Shown here: one piece after another, positions 61,061 through 64,000 of the stretch | Layout: every line of letters begins with the position of its first letter | Position numbering within the stretch: the first letter of the stretch is position 1 | From: Cyanobacteria bacterium P01_D01_bin.156 | GTDB lineage: Bacteria > Cyanobacteriota > Cyanobacteriia > Phormidesmidales > Phormidesmidaceae | NCBI GenBank assembly: GCA_039024555.1 | Contig: JBCCQQ010000031.1 | Coordinates: 1-64,000, forward strand | Direction of reading: 5' to 3' | DNA length: 64,000 bases | Translations under genes and position numbers: made by a program | The notes under the pieces: model-generated | The model's database searches: none | The model's input: the letters and a program-made list of their open reading frames with translations, nothing else | Told to the model about the DNA's origin: nothing

Positions 61061-61875
61061 AAAAGCGATCCTTCTCTTTTTATCTTTTAGCCGCATTCTT
61101 TGGACTGTTTGTGATCTTTCTCTACGGTCCGATGCTCACCATTTTTATTCTGTCGCTGCAGGGACCGGAAGGTACGCTTACATTTCCGGTTAGGGGCTTT
61201 AGCTTCTACTGGCTGGGTCAGGTGTTTCAAGAACAGCGGGTAGGAAATTTTGTCGAGCCCTTTGTGCGATCGCTAATTCTCGGTGGCATCGTTACCGTTC
61301 TGGTGGCCACCATGGCCGTTTCAGCCGCCATGGCCTTTCGCCAACGCTTTCGCGGTTCAACGGTGCTATTTTATCTCAGCATCGCCAGCTTAATTGTGCC
61401 CAGCATCCTGGTTTCTCTGGGGTTGGGCGTTATGTTTCAGGTGATGCAATGGCCCACCCGCTGGTACAGCTCTGGTTTGGGCGCCCACCTAACCTGGACC
61501 CTACCCATTGCATTTTTGATTATGCTTGGGATTTTTAACCGGTTTAACCCATCCTACGAAGAAGCGGCCAGGGATCTGGGGGCCAGCGATGCCAATACAT
61601 TTCTGGAGATCGTGTTTCCGCTGATTGCCCCTAGCCTAGTGGGGGTGAGTCTGCTAACGTTTACTCTCTCCTACGATGAGTTTACGCGCACATCCTTGGT
61701 GTCAGGGCAGTACAACACCCTGCCCCTAGAAATTTTTGGCATGACCACCAACGTCACATCCCCCGCCCTCTATGCCTTGGGGACGTTGACCACCCTGTTT
61801 TCCTTTAGCCTAATTGCGGTTGCCTACACCCTCTACCGACGGTTATCCAAGCAGCGCATGTCAAAGGGTCGTTAG
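61057..61875 (+). CDS. ABC permease (PotC-like)
   Basis: YEEAARDLGA, FTLSYDEF, TLPLEIF; ATGA overlap with the upstream permease. Confidence 0.93.
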   Translation: MKKRSFSFYLLAAFFGLFVIFLYGPMLTIFILSLQGPEGTLTFPVRGFSFYWLGQVFQEQRVGNFVEPFVRSLILGGIVTVLVATMAVSAAMAFRQRFRGSTVLFYLSIASLIVPSILVSLGLGVMFQVMQWPTRWYSSGLGAHLTWTLPIAFLIMLGIFNRFNPSYEEAARDLGASDANTFLEIVFPLIAPSLVGVSLLTFTLSYDEFTRTSLVSGQYNTLPLEIFGMTTNVTSPALYALGTLTTLFSFSLIAVAYTLYRRLSKQRMSKGR

Positions 61876-61955
61876 AAAAGTGCCGTGCATAGGTATCCTT
61901 GCCTATTCGTGAGGATACTTTTAGGATCTGTACTGGCAGGACTATAACTTAATAC

Positions 61956-63938
61956 ATGGATGCGATTGCTGCACTGTTCCCCGTGGTAGAGGTTACAGTG
62001 CTTTGTCTAGGTTTCTTTGTTTGGCTACGGCGACATGCCAAACCTTATTCCGTCTCAGTTTCATTAGCACTGGGTATCACGTCTGGATTAACCCTTGTTT
62101 CGCTTTTATTCCAAATCGGCTTTTTAATTCAGCGCCCTGACAGTATCCCTGTTCTAGAAGGTGTTGCCCTAGCGGCTATTCTTTGGGTCAATCGAAAAAA
62201 CTGGAGTGCTGTTAGTGATATTCCTAAAGCATTAAAGTCCATTTGGGCAGCCTATCCCAGAATATTGACGGTTCTGGCCATTGCGCTCACGTATCTCTGG
62301 CTGCAGGCCGTATTGTTACCGCCGGGCAGTTGGGATGCCCTGGTGTACCATCTGCCGAGAGTTCTGCTGTGGGAACAAAACCGTAGCCTGTTTCTCCAAG
62401 ATTTTGTCACTCCCCACCAGGCTGTTTTTCCGGTAGGGGCGGATATTCTGTTCCATATATTTTTGCGATCGCAGACCGATTATGGATTAGGACTATTTAG
62501 CTGGCTGTCATACCTCGTGATTTTGTTTGGAACCTACGGGCTGGTACGTCCTAGAGTTAGCCGCAGCATCGCTCTAACGAGTGCGCTCGTAATCTCCTGT
62601 CTGCCCGAGATTATTTATCAATCTACCGAAACTAAAAATGACATTATCATTGCCGCTGTTGCCTTAGCCTGTGTACTTTGGGGAGACCGGTGGCTGCGAA
62701 TAGGGACCGTTGAAGCCTTGGTCGGTTTAGGGGTAACCCTGTGTTTTGGAGTGTCGGCCAAAACCACCTTTGTATTATTTGCCGCTTTCTTTTTACTAGG
62801 TTGGTTAAGTCTCGTCATTCGGCAGGGGAAATTCTCTCTTTTAATGCGTTCCATCGTTAATGAGTGGCGTGCCCTTGCCCTGTGTATCTGTCCAGGCATT
62901 ATCCTGTCCCAATGCTGGCTATTTGCCTATAATTACCAGCAATTTGGCAGCTGGCTCGGTCCAGAAAAGTTTATCCTCAAAAATCAGAATACTGACGGGC
63001 TGTTGGGGGGCATTGCCAATCTAGTCCGTTACACATTTCAAAGCATTCATCTATTGGAGCCTGTGGAAATTCTCTTACAGTCTTCCATGGGGTGGTCCAT
63101 CGTAAATACACTACAGACCGTTTACGATAGCTTGTTTGATCCCCTATTAGGCAATGCGGGCCAAGCTGCGTTCATTAAATGGCAACCGCTTGAGATTACC
63201 TGGCTATCGTTAGAAGGCACTTCCTGGTTTGGTCCCGTCAGTCTTTTTCTTGTCTTTCCATCGATTATTTGGTGTTTGATAAGCGGTCGCAAACTGTCGC
63301 GGCTAATGGCCATCGTTGCCCTTTGCTTAGTCCTGGCCACTAGCTACAAAGTGGGATGGTCTCCCTGGAAGTCACGCTTTTTTACCATGCCAATTGTGTG
63401 TACAGGAATTTGTGTGGCAACAGCTTTAAGGCAATTTCGTATCAAAGAATGGGGCTTGTCTGCTTGGCGCTGGTTGAGTATCAGTATCCTCATCTATGCC
63501 TGCCTCTATAACTGCGTGAAGCCGGTATTGGCGCTAAGCGAGGATTTTAGCTACGGAGCGATCACCCATAACAATATTTGGTTATACAGTGATTGGACCC
63601 GAGATCGCCAGACCTATGAGCGTTTATACAATGGCGACCAGACGGATAGTATGCATCCGTTCTTATCGGATGCTAAACGAGTGGCCATCATCGGCTATGG
63701 TCATTATTTCTCGATTATGTTCAAAAACCCCGATGTGCAATTTGTTCCATTACAAACGGAGGATACCCATACTGACATTCATCCTTTAGAAGAAGCCGCT
63801 GATCAGCTGGCCGATGTGGATTATCTCATTTGTTATCAGAGGCCCTGTGCCCAAACCCTTAAAACGGCCAAATTAGAACTACTTTGGGAAAGTAAAGACA
63901 CTCAAAAACCTCACCTATACAGAGTGCAGCCAACGTGA
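61956..63938 (+). CDS. GT-C (family 39/PMT/ArnT-like) membrane glycosyltransferase
   Basis: Many TM helices, WDALVYHLPR, QSTETKNDI, SAKTT. Confidence 0.75.
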   Translation: MDAIAALFPVVEVTVLCLGFFVWLRRHAKPYSVSVSLALGITSGLTLVSLLFQIGFLIQRPDSIPVLEGVALAAILWVNRKNWSAVSDIPKALKSIWAAYPRILTVLAIALTYLWLQAVLLPPGSWDALVYHLPRVLLWEQNRSLFLQDFVTPHQAVFPVGADILFHIFLRSQTDYGLGLFSWLSYLVILFGTYGLVRPRVSRSIALTSALVISCLPEIIYQSTETKNDIIIAAVALACVLWGDRWLRIGTVEALVGLGVTLCFGVSAKTTFVLFAAFFLLGWLSLVIRQGKFSLLMRSIVNEWRALALCICPGIILSQCWLFAYNYQQFGSWLGPEKFILKNQNTDGLLGGIANLVRYTFQSIHLLEPVEILLQSSMGWSIVNTLQTVYDSLFDPLLGNAGQAAFIKWQPLEITWLSLEGTSWFGPVSLFLVFPSIIWCLISGRKLSRLMAIVALCLVLATSYKVGWSPWKSRFFTMPIVCTGICVATALRQFRIKEWGLSAWRWLSISILIYACLYNCVKPVLALSEDFSYGAITHNNIWLYSDWTRDRQTYERLYNGDQTDSMHPFLSDAKRVAIIGYGHYFSIMFKNPDVQFVPLQTEDTHTDIHPLEEAADQLADVDYLICYQRPCAQTLKTAKLELLWESKDTQKPHLYRVQPT

Positions 63939-64000
63939 TTTTCCACTGTGGAACATGGCTGCAGATTGTTTCATCCCCTCAATCGGTAATGGTAAACTCT

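Overview
A 64-kb chromosomal segment from a filamentous cyanobacterium. The assignment rests on about 25 HIP1 GCGATCGC octamers, petF, bvdR, cruE-like and pentapeptide genes, and NtcA sites. Housekeeping genes include proS, ybaK, rpiA, glcE, comB, petF, dps and msrA. They are interspersed with signalling genes: an H-NOX/H-NOBA four-gene phosphorelay, a GGDEF protein, a histidine kinase/OmpR pair and an unusual AhpD/CMD-PAS-histidine kinase fusion. Other content: a 5'-truncated LRR-Roc-COR-TIR gene, carotenoid enzymes, an iron/B12 ABC pair, surface/glycan genes and an NtcA-preceded organic-nitrogen uptake/catabolism cluster. The most intriguing items are: (i) a 58-aa double-glycine leader peptide with a duplicated core (RLDHLDNQAK x2), transcribed divergently from an internally shortened NHLP-type HlyD adaptor with no modifying enzyme nearby; (ii) the CxxC AhpD-like domain fused to a kinase; (iii) a phycobiliprotein-like protein with Ser at the bilin-binding Cys; (iv) a 91-bp MITE family with target-site duplications and a separate 491-bp TIR-bounded element; (v) a three-ORF translationally coupled mini-cassette inside the nitrogen cluster. 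No rRNA, tRNA, CRISPR array or transposase was recognised. All calls are from visual motif recognition, without database searches.
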